From Photobacterium chitinilyticum (GTDB lineage: Bacteria; Pseudomonadota; Gammaproteobacteria; Enterobacterales; Vibrionaceae), in assembly GCF_004104355.1 (NCBI RefSeq), contig NZ_RJLM01000002.1, positions 401,385 to 425,384 on the forward strand: DNA of 24,000 bases, read 5' to 3'. Below are positions 15,357 through 24,000 of the stretch, one piece after another. The notes beneath the pieces were generated by a model. That model was given only the letters and a program-made list of their open reading frames with translations. It did not search any database and was not told the origin of the DNA. Each line of letters begins with the position of its first letter. Within the stretch, counting starts at the first letter, position 1. Both the position numbers and the translations under genes were made by a program.

Positions 15357-16163
15357 CTAAGGGGAGGTATTTCTGGTTTGCTGTTCATTGTTAAGGCTGT
15401 CACGTAAATCAATCAGCGGTTGTTGGCTGATTTCAATAATGCTGCGAACGGGTCTATCGAGTTCGATGATCAGGGTAAGCACCAATGAGAAGGACATTGC
15501 GAAGGGAAGAGCAGCAACAAGCAGTCGGCTTTTTCCCTGCGCGCTGACCTGAACACCATTGAGCGCTATGGTCAGAAAGGTCAGAAGCGTTAGCGTTATC
15601 CAGATACTGAGCGGGATTCGCCCTCTCAGTCCGTAGTTTACCCGTTCGCTATGGATGTCAAAGACAATATTTAGTGAATCAATATACAGCATGCTTTGGA
15701 TTGGCGGCGAGCTATGGTGGGCATTGACGACGATTTGCCACAAATCTTGCTGGATTTGCTCACTTTCAGTAATTACTTGATTAACAATTTTTTTTGCCTG
15801 ACTTTGATCTTCTACGACACGAATATTGACGTACTTGACTAGCCGCTCTCGACTCTGGCTCCTATAGGGTTCATCCAGCAGCCCCGTTCGCAGTATTGCT
15901 GTACCTACCGCATTGGCTTCTTTTAATACCAACTGCTTTCTGATGTCATTTTTTGAGGCGGCCATGCTGAATGTAATAGCCAGAATAAAGGCGAGAAGAC
16001 TGGCAAGCCCGGTTGCCATCGGGCTGATGGCTTTGCTGATCTGGCTAGAGGCGAAACGACGGGTAAGGCGAAAGCCAAACTCAAACATGATGCTAATTGA
16101 ACAAAAAACCAGAGCCAGAATGAGAAAAATAGACAATGAATCAATGTAGGTGTCTTGAAACAT
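15357..16163 (-). CDS. Hypothetical inner-membrane protein (2 N-terminal + 2 C-terminal TM helices around a soluble helical core; DUF4239-like layout)
   Basis: 268-aa ORF with AAGG 6 nt upstream of the ATG. TM segments: SLSIFLILALVFCSISIMFEF, LASLLAFILAITFSMAA, IWITLTLLTFLTIAL, LLVAALPFAMSFSLVLTLII. The family label is from memory of the architecture. Confidence 0.75.
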   Translation of the reverse strand: MFQDTYIDSLSIFLILALVFCSISIMFEFGFRLTRRFASSQISKAISPMATGLASLLAFILAITFSMAASKNDIRKQLVLKEANAVGTAILRTGLLDEPYRSQSRERLVKYVNIRVVEDQSQAKKIVNQVITESEQIQQDLWQIVVNAHHSSPPIQSMLYIDSLNIVFDIHSERVNYGLRGRIPLSIWITLTLLTFLTIALNGVQVSAQGKSRLLVAALPFAMSFSLVLTLIIELDRPVRSIIEISQQPLIDLRDSLNNEQQTRNTSP

Positions 16164-16381
16164 AAATAGCCTTGTACCTTTGTTTTTATTGGTAGCGCTT
16201 CAACGCTTTTGGTTGTCAAAAGTATAGCGGCTTACAACGAGAGGGAGTATGAACAGGAATAAAATAGAATATCAGAATTAGCATCGACAGGAATGAACGT
16301 GCATAAAATGGCATTCATGCCTACTTCAATTGGGCATTATCTTCTATGGTTTGTGTAGTGTCTTTGTCGAAGGAGAACTCC

Positions 16382-16813
16382 ATGGGATATAAGCATGTGC
16401 TGCTGGCATTGAATCTGGATGAAAATGCCGAGTATTTGATACTCAAGGCGGCGGAGATGGCCCGCATCTACCATGCGCTGTTCAGCGTGATCCATATTGA
16501 CCCTGATCTAGGTCACCTAGAGCAAGGCGTCAGGGAGTTTGATGCTGTCAATATTGATGATAGCGAGCATTACGAATCGGTAGCAAAGATGAAGCGGCTT
16601 CTCAAAGGGACCAATTACCCGCTGTATAAGCATTTGTTCTATACCGGCTATATTGAAGATCAGATGGAAAATGCAATAAATCAGTATGATGTCGATTTAT
16701 TGGTCTTGGGCCACCATCAGTCCAATATCTTCCGTCAGCTGATGTTATCGCTTAGCGAACCTTTGGTCAGGCAAATGCCTTGCGATATTCAGTTACTGAA
16801 GCTAGAGAAATAG
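16382..16813 (+). CDS. Universal stress protein (UspA family)
   Basis: YKHVLLALNL start, DLLVLGHH motif, and ~143 aa are typical of single-domain Usp. GAAGGAG lies 6 nt before ATG 16382. The ORF opens further upstream at 16346 without an SD. Confidence 0.85.
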   Translation: MGYKHVLLALNLDENAEYLILKAAEMARIYHALFSVIHIDPDLGHLEQGVREFDAVNIDDSEHYESVAKMKRLLKGTNYPLYKHLFYTGYIEDQMENAINQYDVDLLVLGHHQSNIFRQLMLSLSEPLVRQMPCDIQLLKLEK

Positions 16814-16842
16814 CGCTAAAGCGCTGTGTAGTCGTTGCCATT

Positions 16843-17388
16843 TTACTTGTCGATAAGGGGCGGGACGGATTGCCAGCGATAGACAAATTCATCAACCTTG
16901 CTACCGTCCGGGGCTTGCCATTGCTGGGCTTTGGTATTGAACGCCCCGAGTTTTTGGTAGAATTTCTGGGCGGCTTGATTGCCAGCCAATACCTCAAGAT
17001 ACATCCCTTTGTTCGGTGCCTGCTGATGGGATAGCTTGGCAGCTGATTGTAAAAGCTGCTTGCCAAGCCCAAGCCCCTGATAGCCTTGATTGATATGCAG
17101 GTTTTCTATCAGCGTTCCCCATTCCTGATGGTTATCCAAATAAACACAGATGAACCCGCAGAGACTTTCTCCTTCACAGGCAACCAAAATCCTTTGGTGG
17201 ATTTTAGGCGCAGCAAAACGTTGCTGCCAAATATTTCGTCGATCCGGAAAAATATCGTGACTGAGGTATTTATCGGATAATAATCCTCTATATATCGCCT
17301 GCCAGCTTGAAGCGTGTAATGCAGCAATCGCAGCCATATCATCAGTTGTGGCGATGTTAATCTCTATCATTGGCTCAACCATAGTCAC
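16843..17388 (-). CDS. GNAT-family N-acetyltransferase
   Basis: Acetyl-CoA motif A: INQGYQGLGLGKQLLQSAAKL. N-terminal IEINIATTDDMAAIAAL is typical of GNATs. The start is ambiguous: GTG 17388, ATG 17382 or ATG 17370. Confidence 0.85.
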   Translation of the reverse strand: MTMVEPMIEINIATTDDMAAIAALHASSWQAIYRGLLSDKYLSHDIFPDRRNIWQQRFAAPKIHQRILVACEGESLCGFICVYLDNHQEWGTLIENLHINQGYQGLGLGKQLLQSAAKLSHQQAPNKGMYLEVLAGNQAAQKFYQKLGAFNTKAQQWQAPDGSKVDEFVYRWQSVPPLIDK

Positions 17389-17530
17389 TTTCTCATTCCT
17401 TTTAGCTTTGCGTTTGGGTATATCCGTGTATATCGGCCTTTGAGGATAAGTTAATATCGTTAATGTACATAAAGTTAGAATATCAGTTATTTGAAACTGA
17501 AGGGAAACGTAACTTGAATTGGAATTGTAG

Positions 17531-17725
17531 ATGAATATTCAGCACCTGAAAGCATTTGTACAGGCTGCACATCTTGGATCTATTTCTGCCGCAGCTCGTG
17601 AAATGGGAAAGCGCCAGTCTTAGGTTAGCCAGTGGATAGCCGATCTGGAAGTTGATTTTGGGGTAGAGCTGTTTGTCCGTACCGGCAACAGTACCCGCCC
17701 TGCGGCTCTGGCGAAGTCTTGCTAA
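17531..17725 (+). pseudogene. LysR-family regulator remnant (HTH only, in-frame TAG, 3' part deleted)
   Basis: MNIQHLKAFVQAAHLGSISAAAREMGKRQS*VSQWIADLEVDFGVELFVRTGNSTRP... is a canonical LysR N-terminal wHTH. It is interrupted by TAG at 17621-17623. No effector-binding domain follows. Confidence 0.65.
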
Positions 17726-17909
17726 TTCCGGCGATCTGATTGCTGCCGACGTAGAGGATCTTCCCGTTGGCGATAGCAACGGCTTCGGCAGGTTTGTCGG
17801 TATAAACCTTGGCATTTGTAAAAATGGTATCGGCCAGTTCGGCGGCAGTCGCGTGTTGCGCAGACATCAGTGCGATGCCGTGCAGGGCAGCTTGTCGGGC
17901 TTTATTCAT
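17721..17909 (-). pseudogene. Amidohydrolase (YtcJ-like metal-dependent hydrolase) N-terminal remnant with signal peptide
   Basis: MNKARQAALHGIALMSAQHATA (signal-like) followed by ADTIFTNAKVYTDKPAEAVAIANGKILYVGSN, the typical N-terminal beta-sandwich start of this family. No catalytic HxH barrel follows. It runs head-on into the LysR remnant. Confidence 0.5.
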
Positions 17910-18165
17910 TATTGTGATCCTAATTGCTTTATGGTTGCGAGTAAATGAGCTGTGAACTCTAACAAGGCCATATCTGTCGTTCCTGACAGTACAGTATGGG
18001 CAATGATTAGAGAAAGAATAGGAAATAAATATTGATAACAAACAGGTAAGCTAAGTTGGCATACTATTTTTTTAAAATGCTATAGCAATCATACAAATAG
18101 ACACGCTCGTGTGTGAATATACCATAATGTAAATATTGGAAGTTGAAATAGAGTGAGTGAAAGGA

Positions 18166-18525
18166 ATGAAGCCGGGAGAGACAGGTCTAAAACGTGTTTT
18201 TGATGCCACTATCTATTCTATTCAGGGGCTTAAAGCTGCTTGGAAATATGAAGAAGCATTTCGAATGGAGATTGTGTTGCTGGTTTTGCTCACTACCCTC
18301 ACTTTCTTTTTGCCTGTGACTAAGTTTGAGCAGTTGGCAATGATTGCCAGCCTCTTTTTGGTAGTGATTGTCGAGCTGCTGAATTCGGCCGTTGAAGCCG
18401 TTGTTGATCGCATTGGTTCTGACTATCACGAGTTGTCCGGAAGAGCAAAAGATATTGGTTCTGCGGCTGTTTTTGTGTCAATGATCTTTGTCGGGATCAC
18501 GTGGTTTGTGGTGCTGTTTGTATAG
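18166..18525 (+). CDS. dgkA: Diacylglycerol kinase (prokaryotic DgkA)
   Basis: Aligns end to end by eye with E. coli DgkA: GLKAAWKYEEAFRME vs GLRAAWINEAAFRQE. The stretch VELLNSAVEAVVDRIGSDYHELSGRAKDIGSAAV is nearly identical. An alternative GTG start lies at 18157. Confidence 0.92.
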   Translation: MKPGETGLKRVFDATIYSIQGLKAAWKYEEAFRMEIVLLVLLTTLTFFLPVTKFEQLAMIASLFLVVIVELLNSAVEAVVDRIGSDYHELSGRAKDIGSAAVFVSMIFVGITWFVVLFV

Positions 18526-18680
18526 CAGGTTATACCTAACCAGGCTCGACAGTGAAATGTTATGGTGTCGAGCCATATGGTAACAAAGAGATGAAATAAG
18601 CTATTATTAATAAAGTAAAATGCTATTTTTATTATTAAAAATCAAATACATTAATTTGTTCGTTATTAACGCTTAAATCG

Positions 18681-18881
18681 CTATGAACGAGAAATCGTCC
18701 AGCTTTCGGAACAGTCTTTACATTCCATATCTGCATCGGTAATACTTTTTGATTTAATATAAGTATTAGATGATTCACATTTAGGGCATTGTGTCCGTGA
18801 TGGTGGACAGTTAACATCGACGCAGTGGTTATCTTTGTCCGTCGATTTTATCATCGGTTGTTTGCAGTCTGGACATAACAT
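18681..18881 (-). CDS. Hypothetical 66-aa double zinc-ribbon protein
   Basis: Eight Cys arranged as CxxC-13-CxxxxC-6-CxxC-18-CxxC. AAGGAG lies 9 nt upstream of the ATG. It sits in an AT-rich islet. Confidence 0.55.
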   Translation of the reverse strand: MLCPDCKQPMIKSTDKDNHCVDVNCPPSRTQCPKCESSNTYIKSKSITDADMECKDCSESWTISRS

Positions 18882-19358
18882 TTAATAACACTCCTTTTAT
18901 TAAATTTAAGACATTGCTTTTAATAATGCTGACATTTAATATCATTGCAATTGATAAAAGACTATAGCCGCCGAATGCTTATTATATATTCATTGATCAC
19001 AGTCATTATTTATTTCTTTAAGAGAAAATCCTGTTATTCGCTGTTTCTTGTTGATCTTTAATATGTAATTACTATCCATACATGATTTTTCATTAGTCTT
19101 GGTTGTTTTTAAGTTTTTTGTCTCATCAAGAACGTAATGTGTGTGCTTGTTATAAATCCATACGAGTGCAGTTGCATCCTCAAGTGCTTTTTTGTGCTGG
19201 GCGCATAACAACTTGTAGCATAGTGGGCTTAATGTAGATCAATAAAAGTCTCGGTTATTAATTCATTTAATAATAAGAAGTTTACATATTCCGCCTACAA
19301 ATACAGTATTCGATTTTTGTGCGAAAAGGGCAGAGGGTAAGTACTCTCATGCTGGACT

Positions 19359-21395
19359 ATGTGGAATATAATTAATAATAAAAGTATAGGGTTTCAGCTG
19401 AAGTTAGTAATAAGCGTGTTAATCATCACCGCTTTTACTTCAGTCGCAACCATTGTTTACCGTAATTCTTCTGAAATACTGCTAGAGCATACTCTGGAAG
19501 AGCAGCAGTCGAAACTGGATGCGTTGGCCGTTACTATTTCAAGCCAGTTTGAAATTTATCTGGATAATGCTCGCGAGCTGGAAAGTGCATTTCGTCAGGG
19601 CTACCTGCATGGCTTGTCCTTTGAAGATCAAAAGGTAAGTTTTGCCGGACAGCAGGTACAGAATGTCACGCTGAACAATAAATCACTGATCAACAATACC
19701 GACATAGTGGATCGTTTCAGCCGTGATACGGGGGCGATTGCGACATTGTTTGTTGCATCGGGCAATGATTTTGTTCGTGTTGCTACTTCTTTGAAAGATG
19801 ATAGCGGTAAGCGGGCGTTGGGGACAAAGCTTGGGCATGGACACCCTGGTTTTAACAACATAAGCAGCGGCCAGGCATATTACGCCAAGGTTGTGTTATT
19901 TGGTGATACCTATCTGACTTACTACTCGCCGATCAAAGATGAGAATGGCCGAGTGGTTGCTATTTCATTCATCGGCATTCCGATTGATGAAGCGACAAAG
20001 GCTGTCTTTGCAAGTCTGGCCAATATTCGTTGGGGCGATACGGGCTATACCATTGTGGTGGATAATGACAAGGACAGCCTAGGCGAGTATCTCTATCACC
20101 CTGTCATTAAAGAGAAAGGGACATCAATTCTTAATATGACTGACTATAACGGCAACAAGCCGTTTGGTGAGTTATTTGAGTCAACAAGTGGCTTGATGAC
20201 ATACCCGTATGAATATAATGGTGTTGTAGGCGACAAATACCTTGTCTATACCGAGGTTCCGGGCTGGAACTGGAAGCTGCTGGGCGGTACGTTCGTTAGT
20301 GAGGTTACCAAGGGCAGCCAGCATTTATTGATGGTGATAATTATTGTCGCCGTCGCTGCCTGCCTGGTTACTTTTGTTATTCTTAGCCTGTACCTGAGTA
20401 AACTGATAAAGCCTCTGAAGACGTTGACGGGTTATATGGATCGTTTAGGCAAAGGTGAAGTGACACTGGTAATGGAACAAGGCAATGGCCAGTCAGGGAA
20501 CGAGATCGAGCGCCTGACATACGGTGTTGCTTCGATGGCGACTAAGCTAAACAGTTTGGTCGGGGAGATCAGAACAAGCAGTGAGTCGGTTCAGAGCCAG
20601 GCAAGCAGCCTGTCGAGCGATGCCCACCAGAGCCTGAGTCAGTCTGATATCCAGCAGGATCAGGTTGAGCAAGTTGTGACTGCCATAGAAGAAATGGCGT
20701 CGTCAGCCAAGTCGGTAGCAGAGCAGGTCGAGGCGATAGCCGAAAGTGTCCGTTCGGCAAACGATGACAGTGTTTCTGGTTCTGATCTGGTTTCACAGGT
20801 TAGTGTAGAAATCGCCAGCCTTAACGAGCAATTGATACAGTCGGCAGAAGCGATCAATATGGTTAGTCGTGAAAGTGACAACATTCAAACTGTTACGCGC
20901 ATGATTGACGAGATCGCCGAGCAAACCAACCTGCTGGCACTGAATGCGGCTATCGAAGCTGCCCGTGCCGGTGAGCAAGGGCGCGGGTTTGCCGTGGTGG
21001 CTGATGAAGTGAGAACACTGGCTCACCGGACCCAGGAATCGGTCAAGGAAGTGGTTAGTATTATCGAACAATTGCGCGGCTGTACCAGCAGCGCGGTGTC
21101 AATGATGTCCGAGAGCCAAAAGAAAGGAAAACTGGTGACCGAGCAGGCCACTCAGGCTGGCTTGGCGCTCGAAGGGATAACGACTCAGGTAACGGCGATT
21201 GCCGCCCAGTCCGAGACGATTGCCGCGACATCGGAAGAACAGGCTCAGGTCTCACAGGAGATTGCCACCAATGCGACAGAAATCAGTAACCTGAACCGTC
21301 AGGGACGAGATATTGCTGCGCAGACGTCGAAGCGTGCTGATCATTTGCAGGAGCTCTCTGTTGAGTTGAAACAGCAGGTGGATTATTTCCATTAA
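19359..21395 (+). CDS. Methyl-accepting chemotaxis protein with periplasmic Cache-type (Cache_3-Cache_2-like) sensor, HAMP and MCP signalling domain
   Basis: N-terminal TM, then a periplasmic region with [31 protein letters not shown]...[36 protein letters not shown] (Cache pattern). A second TM follows ([24 protein letters not shown]). The highly conserved hairpin tip is [38 protein letters not shown]. Confidence 0.92.
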   Translation: MWNIINNKSIGFQLKLVISVLIITAFTSVATIVYRNSSEILLEHTLEEQQSKLDALAVTISSQFEIYLDNARELESAFRQGYLHGLSFEDQKVSFAGQQVQNVTLNNKSLINNTDIVDRFSRDTGAIATLFVASGNDFVRVATSLKDDSGKRALGTKLGHGHPGFNNISSGQAYYAKVVLFGDTYLTYYSPIKDENGRVVAISFIGIPIDEATKAVFASLANIRWGDTGYTIVVDNDKDSLGEYLYHPVIKEKGTSILNMTDYNGNKPFGELFESTSGLMTYPYEYNGVVGDKYLVYTEVPGWNWKLLGGTFVSEVTKGSQHLLMVIIIVAVAACLVTFVILSLYLSKLIKPLKTLTGYMDRLGKGEVTLVMEQGNGQSGNEIERLTYGVASMATKLNSLVGEIRTSSESVQSQASSLSSDAHQSLSQSDIQQDQVEQVVTAIEEMASSAKSVAEQVEAIAESVRSANDDSVSGSDLVSQVSVEIASLNEQLIQSAEAINMVSRESDNIQTVTRMIDEIAEQTNLLALNAAIEAARAGEQGRGFAVVADEVRTLAHRTQESVKEVVSIIEQLRGCTSSAVSMMSESQKKGKLVTEQATQAGLALEGITTQVTAIAAQSETIAATSEEQAQVSQEIATNATEISNLNRQGRDIAAQTSKRADHLQELSVELKQQVDYFH

Positions 21396-21428
21396 TCCAT
21401 AATCAGAACGTTACTGTTTAATAAAGTT

Positions 21429-21454
21429 AAAGAGAGGCTCGCCTCTCTTTTTTT
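21429..21454. terminator. Bidirectional intrinsic terminator shared by the convergent MCP and ligase/acyltransferase genes
   Basis: AAAGAGAGG-CTCG-CCTCTCTTT stem-loop, flanked by an A-rich 5' side and a T-run 3' side, lying between the two stop codons (21395 and 21466). Confidence 0.8.
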
Positions 21455-21465
21455 CTGCCATGTCG

Positions 21466-24000
21466 TTAGCGAACAGGGGGGGTATGAGCCAAGTCCGGCT
21501 CCCCGCAATAACGCAGAATATCGGCTCTTGCCTCATCCCTGAGCTGCAGAGCGGCATTCCAGTCATTGCCTTGCGGGTGTTTGAGCGGACTAATTGTGAC
21601 ACTGATATCTCCCCGCCTCGGAAACAGAGAGCGATTGCGGAGTTTGGAGCGGGTACCGCACAGAGTAACAGGAAGCACGGGGAGTCCCGCATCAGCTGCT
21701 GCAATAAATGCCCCCATGTGAAACTCGTGCAACCCGGCCATCCGATAGAGCGTTCCTTCGGGAAAGAAGAATAAAGGCTGGCTGCTATTGGCGCTGTCAG
21801 CAATCCGTTTGGCATCCAGAATTCCCTTTTCAACGTCGAAGCGTTCGACAAATTCAGTATCCAGCTTGGATAGGAAAATACGGGCAAAAAGATTGTTCTT
21901 CAGCTCGGACTTGGCGACAAAGCGGCACTTTAGATGAGTGGCTGCAACCATGACCAAGCCGTCGAGATAGCTGGCGTGATTAGCAACCAAAATGCAGGGC
22001 GTATCGTTGTCTGGTAGGTGTTCCTCGCCTTTTATGGTCAGTTTTGTCCCCGTTAGCTTGATCAGTGCCCGAGCCCCGGCACGGGTGATAGCCCAGCACC
22101 AGTCTCGGTTTGGCACAATTGCAACCAGAGACCAGACACTAGGCGCGAGTATACCCATCATCAGCCACATGTAGGCGGCATAGCCTATATCTAACCCTGT
22201 TCGCCAGTACCGCCTGAATTGCGGTGCAATACCTGCCGTCATCAGTCTTAATGCCTGCCACCAGACTGCACGTTGCCGAATATCGAGGCTGTCTTGTTCG
22301 TATAGATCCTTGCAGGCCGCACGGCGTATCTTGCCACTGGAGGTTTTGGGGACGGTATGCGGCAGCCCGATAACGACGTCGTCAGGCGGGCTGCCCAGTA
22401 AATCCAGCGCCAGATTATTAATTTGATGTTTTAGCTGTTGGTGTTTGGTGGTGTCGGTTTCACGGCTTTCGGCAAGTACGATAAGGCGTTCGGTACCAGA
22501 GCGGCTGTCATGGCTGGCAAAAGCCGCAACGCAGCCCTTGCGGATCCCGGGAACATTGCTTACGGCTTCTTCCAGTTCATGGGGGTAAATGTTTCTCCCA
22601 GCGCGAATGATGATGTCCTTGCTTCGTCCGGTCAGAAAGAGCTCGCCACCAATGGTAAAAGCGCGGTCGCCGGTATTGAGCCAGTCGCCGTGATACAGGG
22701 CCTTGGTTTTTTCCGGATCGTGGTAATAGCCTGTTGTGGCCGAAGGCCCTTTAAATTCTAGTTCACCCTCTTCCCGTTCAGGCAGTTCCTGGCCAAGATC
22801 ACCCATGATCCGGATTTGGTGTCCGGGCAATGGTTGGCCGAGTCCGATAACTTGCATCGCATCGGGATCATCACTGCTGGCAGCTTCGGCACGGCCAAAG
22901 CGTGTCATCGGTTCCCGTTTGACTCGTTCTATCCGCGGTCTCCTTATCTCGGTCGGGAAAGTCAGTCCAACGGTTGATTCAGCGAGGCCATAAACCGGTG
23001 ACATGGTTTCGGGGCGAAAACCGTATTTGGAAAATCGCTCGGTAAAGCGTTCTATCGTACTGGGGCTAACAGGTTCGGCGCCGTTCCACGCCAGTCGCCA
23101 GCAGCTGAGATCCAAGCCTTCAAGTTCGCTCTCATCGATTTTGTTGATGCAAAGCTCGTAGGCAAAATTGGGAGCCGGTGACACCGTGCCCCCGTGGCGG
23201 TGAATCGCCCACAGCCAGCGCTGAGGTTTTGAGAGAAACAACAAAGGCGACATGATCACCAGCGGGCTGGCATAGTACAGGCTACCGAACCAGGTGCCGA
23301 TCAGTCCCATATCGTGATAAACCGGCAGCCAGCTGACAAACACATCGCTCGAGCTGGCTTTGACAACCTTGCCCATTGCTCTGATATTGGCCAACAGGTT
23401 GGCATGGGTAAGTGCAACGCCCTTGGGAATTCCGGTGCTGCCCGAAGTGTACTGCAAGAAAGCGATATCAGATGTACTGGCCACTCCGACATCTGGAGGC
23501 ATTGGTGCCTGCATGATCTCTGAAACCGCAACCACTGCCTTGATAGAAGGAACCTGCAATCGCAGTAGCTGCGACAGTGGCTTGGCTTCGGGTACCGTTA
23601 TCAGCAACCGGGCCTCGGCATTTTGCAAGATATTGGCATGGCGCTTTAGATGGTCTTCTATTTGCGAAGGCCGTGCCGGGGGATAAATCGGCACGGGGAT
23701 CGCTCGGGCATATAGTATCCCGAAGAAGCAGTAGAAATAATCACTGCTGGTTGGCAGCATTATGGCAACGCACTCCCCCGGGGCGATATCCTGTTCGATT
23801 AAGCCATTGGCGATTTGCAGCGCTTTCTCTCGCACTGTTCGGTAGCTAATTTCGGTAACCTGGTCGGCATTCTGGTATACGTAAAGATGCGGCCTGTCAG
23901 GATGGGCATTGACGTGCCAGTCAAGAACCTGCTGAAGGGAGTGGACATGCTCAGGAGCTGACTCGACAATATCAAGCTGGATTTGCTCGATAAGTTGTTC
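21466..24000 (-). CDS. Fusion protein: fatty-acyl-AMP/CoA ligase (AMP-binding) + TM linker + PlsC-type lysophospholipid acyltransferase; 5' end outside the window
   Basis: AMP-binding motifs LQYTSGSTGIPKGVALTH, GDWLNTGDRAF, GRSKDIIIRAGRNIYP, PKTSSGKIRR. A hydrophobic segment follows (IGYAAYMWLMMGILAPSVWSLVAIV). The acyltransferase part has VANHASYLD (HX4D) and FFFPEGT. The frame stays open from 23835 to 24000 (...EQLIEQIQLDIVESAPEHVHSLQQVLDWHVNAHPDRPHLYVYQ...), so the true start is beyond the window. Confidence 0.9.
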   Translation of the reverse strand, partial: EQLIEQIQLDIVESAPEHVHSLQQVLDWHVNAHPDRPHLYVYQNADQVTEISYRTVREKALQIANGLIEQDIAPGECVAIMLPTSSDYFYCFFGILYARAIPVPIYPPARPSQIEDHLKRHANILQNAEARLLITVPEAKPLSQLLRLQVPSIKAVVAVSEIMQAPMPPDVGVASTSDIAFLQYTSGSTGIPKGVALTHANLLANIRAMGKVVKASSSDVFVSWLPVYHDMGLIGTWFGSLYYASPLVIMSPLLFLSKPQRWLWAIHRHGGTVSPAPNFAYELCINKIDESELEGLDLSCWRLAWNGAEPVSPSTIERFTERFSKYGFRPETMSPVYGLAESTVGLTFPTEIRRPRIERVKREPMTRFGRAEAASSDDPDAMQVIGLGQPLPGHQIRIMGDLGQELPEREEGELEFKGPSATTGYYHDPEKTKALYHGDWLNTGDRAFTIGGELFLTGRSKDIIIRAGRNIYPHELEEAVSNVPGIRKGCVAAFASHDSRSGTERLIVLAESRETDTTKHQQLKHQINNLALDLLGSPPDDVVIGLPHTVPKTSSGKIRRAACKDLYEQDSLDIRQRAVWWQALRLMTAGIAPQFRRYWRTGLDIGYAAYMWLMMGILAPSVWSLVAIVPNRDWCWAITRAGARALIKLTGTKLTIKGEEHLPDNDTPCILVANHASYLDGLVMVAATHLKCRFVAKSELKNNLFARIFLSKLDTEFVERFDVEKGILDAKRIADSANSSQPLFFFPEGTLYRMAGLHEFHMGAFIAAADAGLPVLPVTLCGTRSKLRNRSLFPRRGDISVTISPLKHPQGNDWNAALQLRDEARADILRYCGEPDLAHTPPVR

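Noticed and set aside
17625-18041. 138-aa minus-strand ORF taken at full length as a gene.
   Set aside because: Only the middle ~63 residues (from MNKARQ at 17909) resemble an amidohydrolase N-terminus. The first 44 codons and the tail are junk read-through. I annotated it as a remnant instead.
18990-19211. 73-aa ORF upstream of the zinc-ribbon gene.
   Set aside because: It has a TTG start, no SD and no recognisable motif, and it lies in AT-rich DNA where random ORFs are common. I kept it only as a remark under the islet finding.
21411-21887. ORFs 21411-21887 (-) and 21460-21774 (+) at the 3' end of the ligase/acyltransferase gene.
   Set aside because: They are alternative-frame or antisense overlaps of the PlsC-domain region, which has clear HX4D/FPEGT motifs in its own frame. 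The first one also spans the terminator hairpin.
1-24000. Search for CRISPR arrays, tRNA/rRNA genes, IS elements with terminal inverted repeats, integrases, and retron/RT or toxin-antitoxin pairs.
   Set aside because: I saw no regularly spaced direct repeats, no tRNA-like T-arm/acceptor patterns, and no transposase, integrase or reverse-transcriptase motifs in any frame I read. Absence by eye is not proof; tRNAscan, Infernal and ISfinder searches would settle it.

Overview
This 24-kb window looks like a marine gammaproteobacterium; the gene order matches the Vibrio/Shewanella type. All homology calls were made by eye from motifs, with no database search.

**Core, about 5.5-14.6 kb, + strand.** A complete, tightly packed AcnD/PrpF-type methylcitrate (propionate catabolism) locus: GntR/FCD regulator, prpB, prpC, acnD, prpF, prpE, then a strong intrinsic terminator. 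Two details are unusual:
- three phased copies of a 12-bp palindrome (ATTGTTRACAAT) in the regulator leader;
- a 314-bp extremely AT-rich spacer with two perfect palindromes between prpB and prpC.

**Left part.** A Maa-like acetyltransferase, a YcxB-like membrane protein, and the most interesting region: an AT-rich, stand-alone four-gene minus-strand operon (2341-4361). It encodes three small beta-rich proteins I cannot assign, one of them ending in a peptidoglycan-binding domain. The fourth is a T7-lysozyme-type amidase fused to a second peptidoglycan-binding domain. There are no export signals, holin, integrase or phage structural genes. Both flanks are non-coding or decayed DNA, including a frameshifted saccharopine-dehydrogenase-like remnant and an orphan gene 3' end with its terminator. 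I regard this as a candidate uncharacterised cell-wall-targeting conflict/defence or regulated-lysis module.

**Right part.**
- a small putative exported/membrane protein
- a four-TM membrane protein
- a universal stress protein
- a GNAT acetyltransferase
- a deletion scar where LysR and amidohydrolase N-terminal remnants collide
- dgkA
- an AT-rich islet encoding a double zinc-ribbon miniprotein
- a Cache-domain chemoreceptor
- a large acyl-AMP ligase/TM/PlsC-acyltransferase fusion that runs off the window end

I found no rRNA, tRNA, CRISPR array or intact mobile element.
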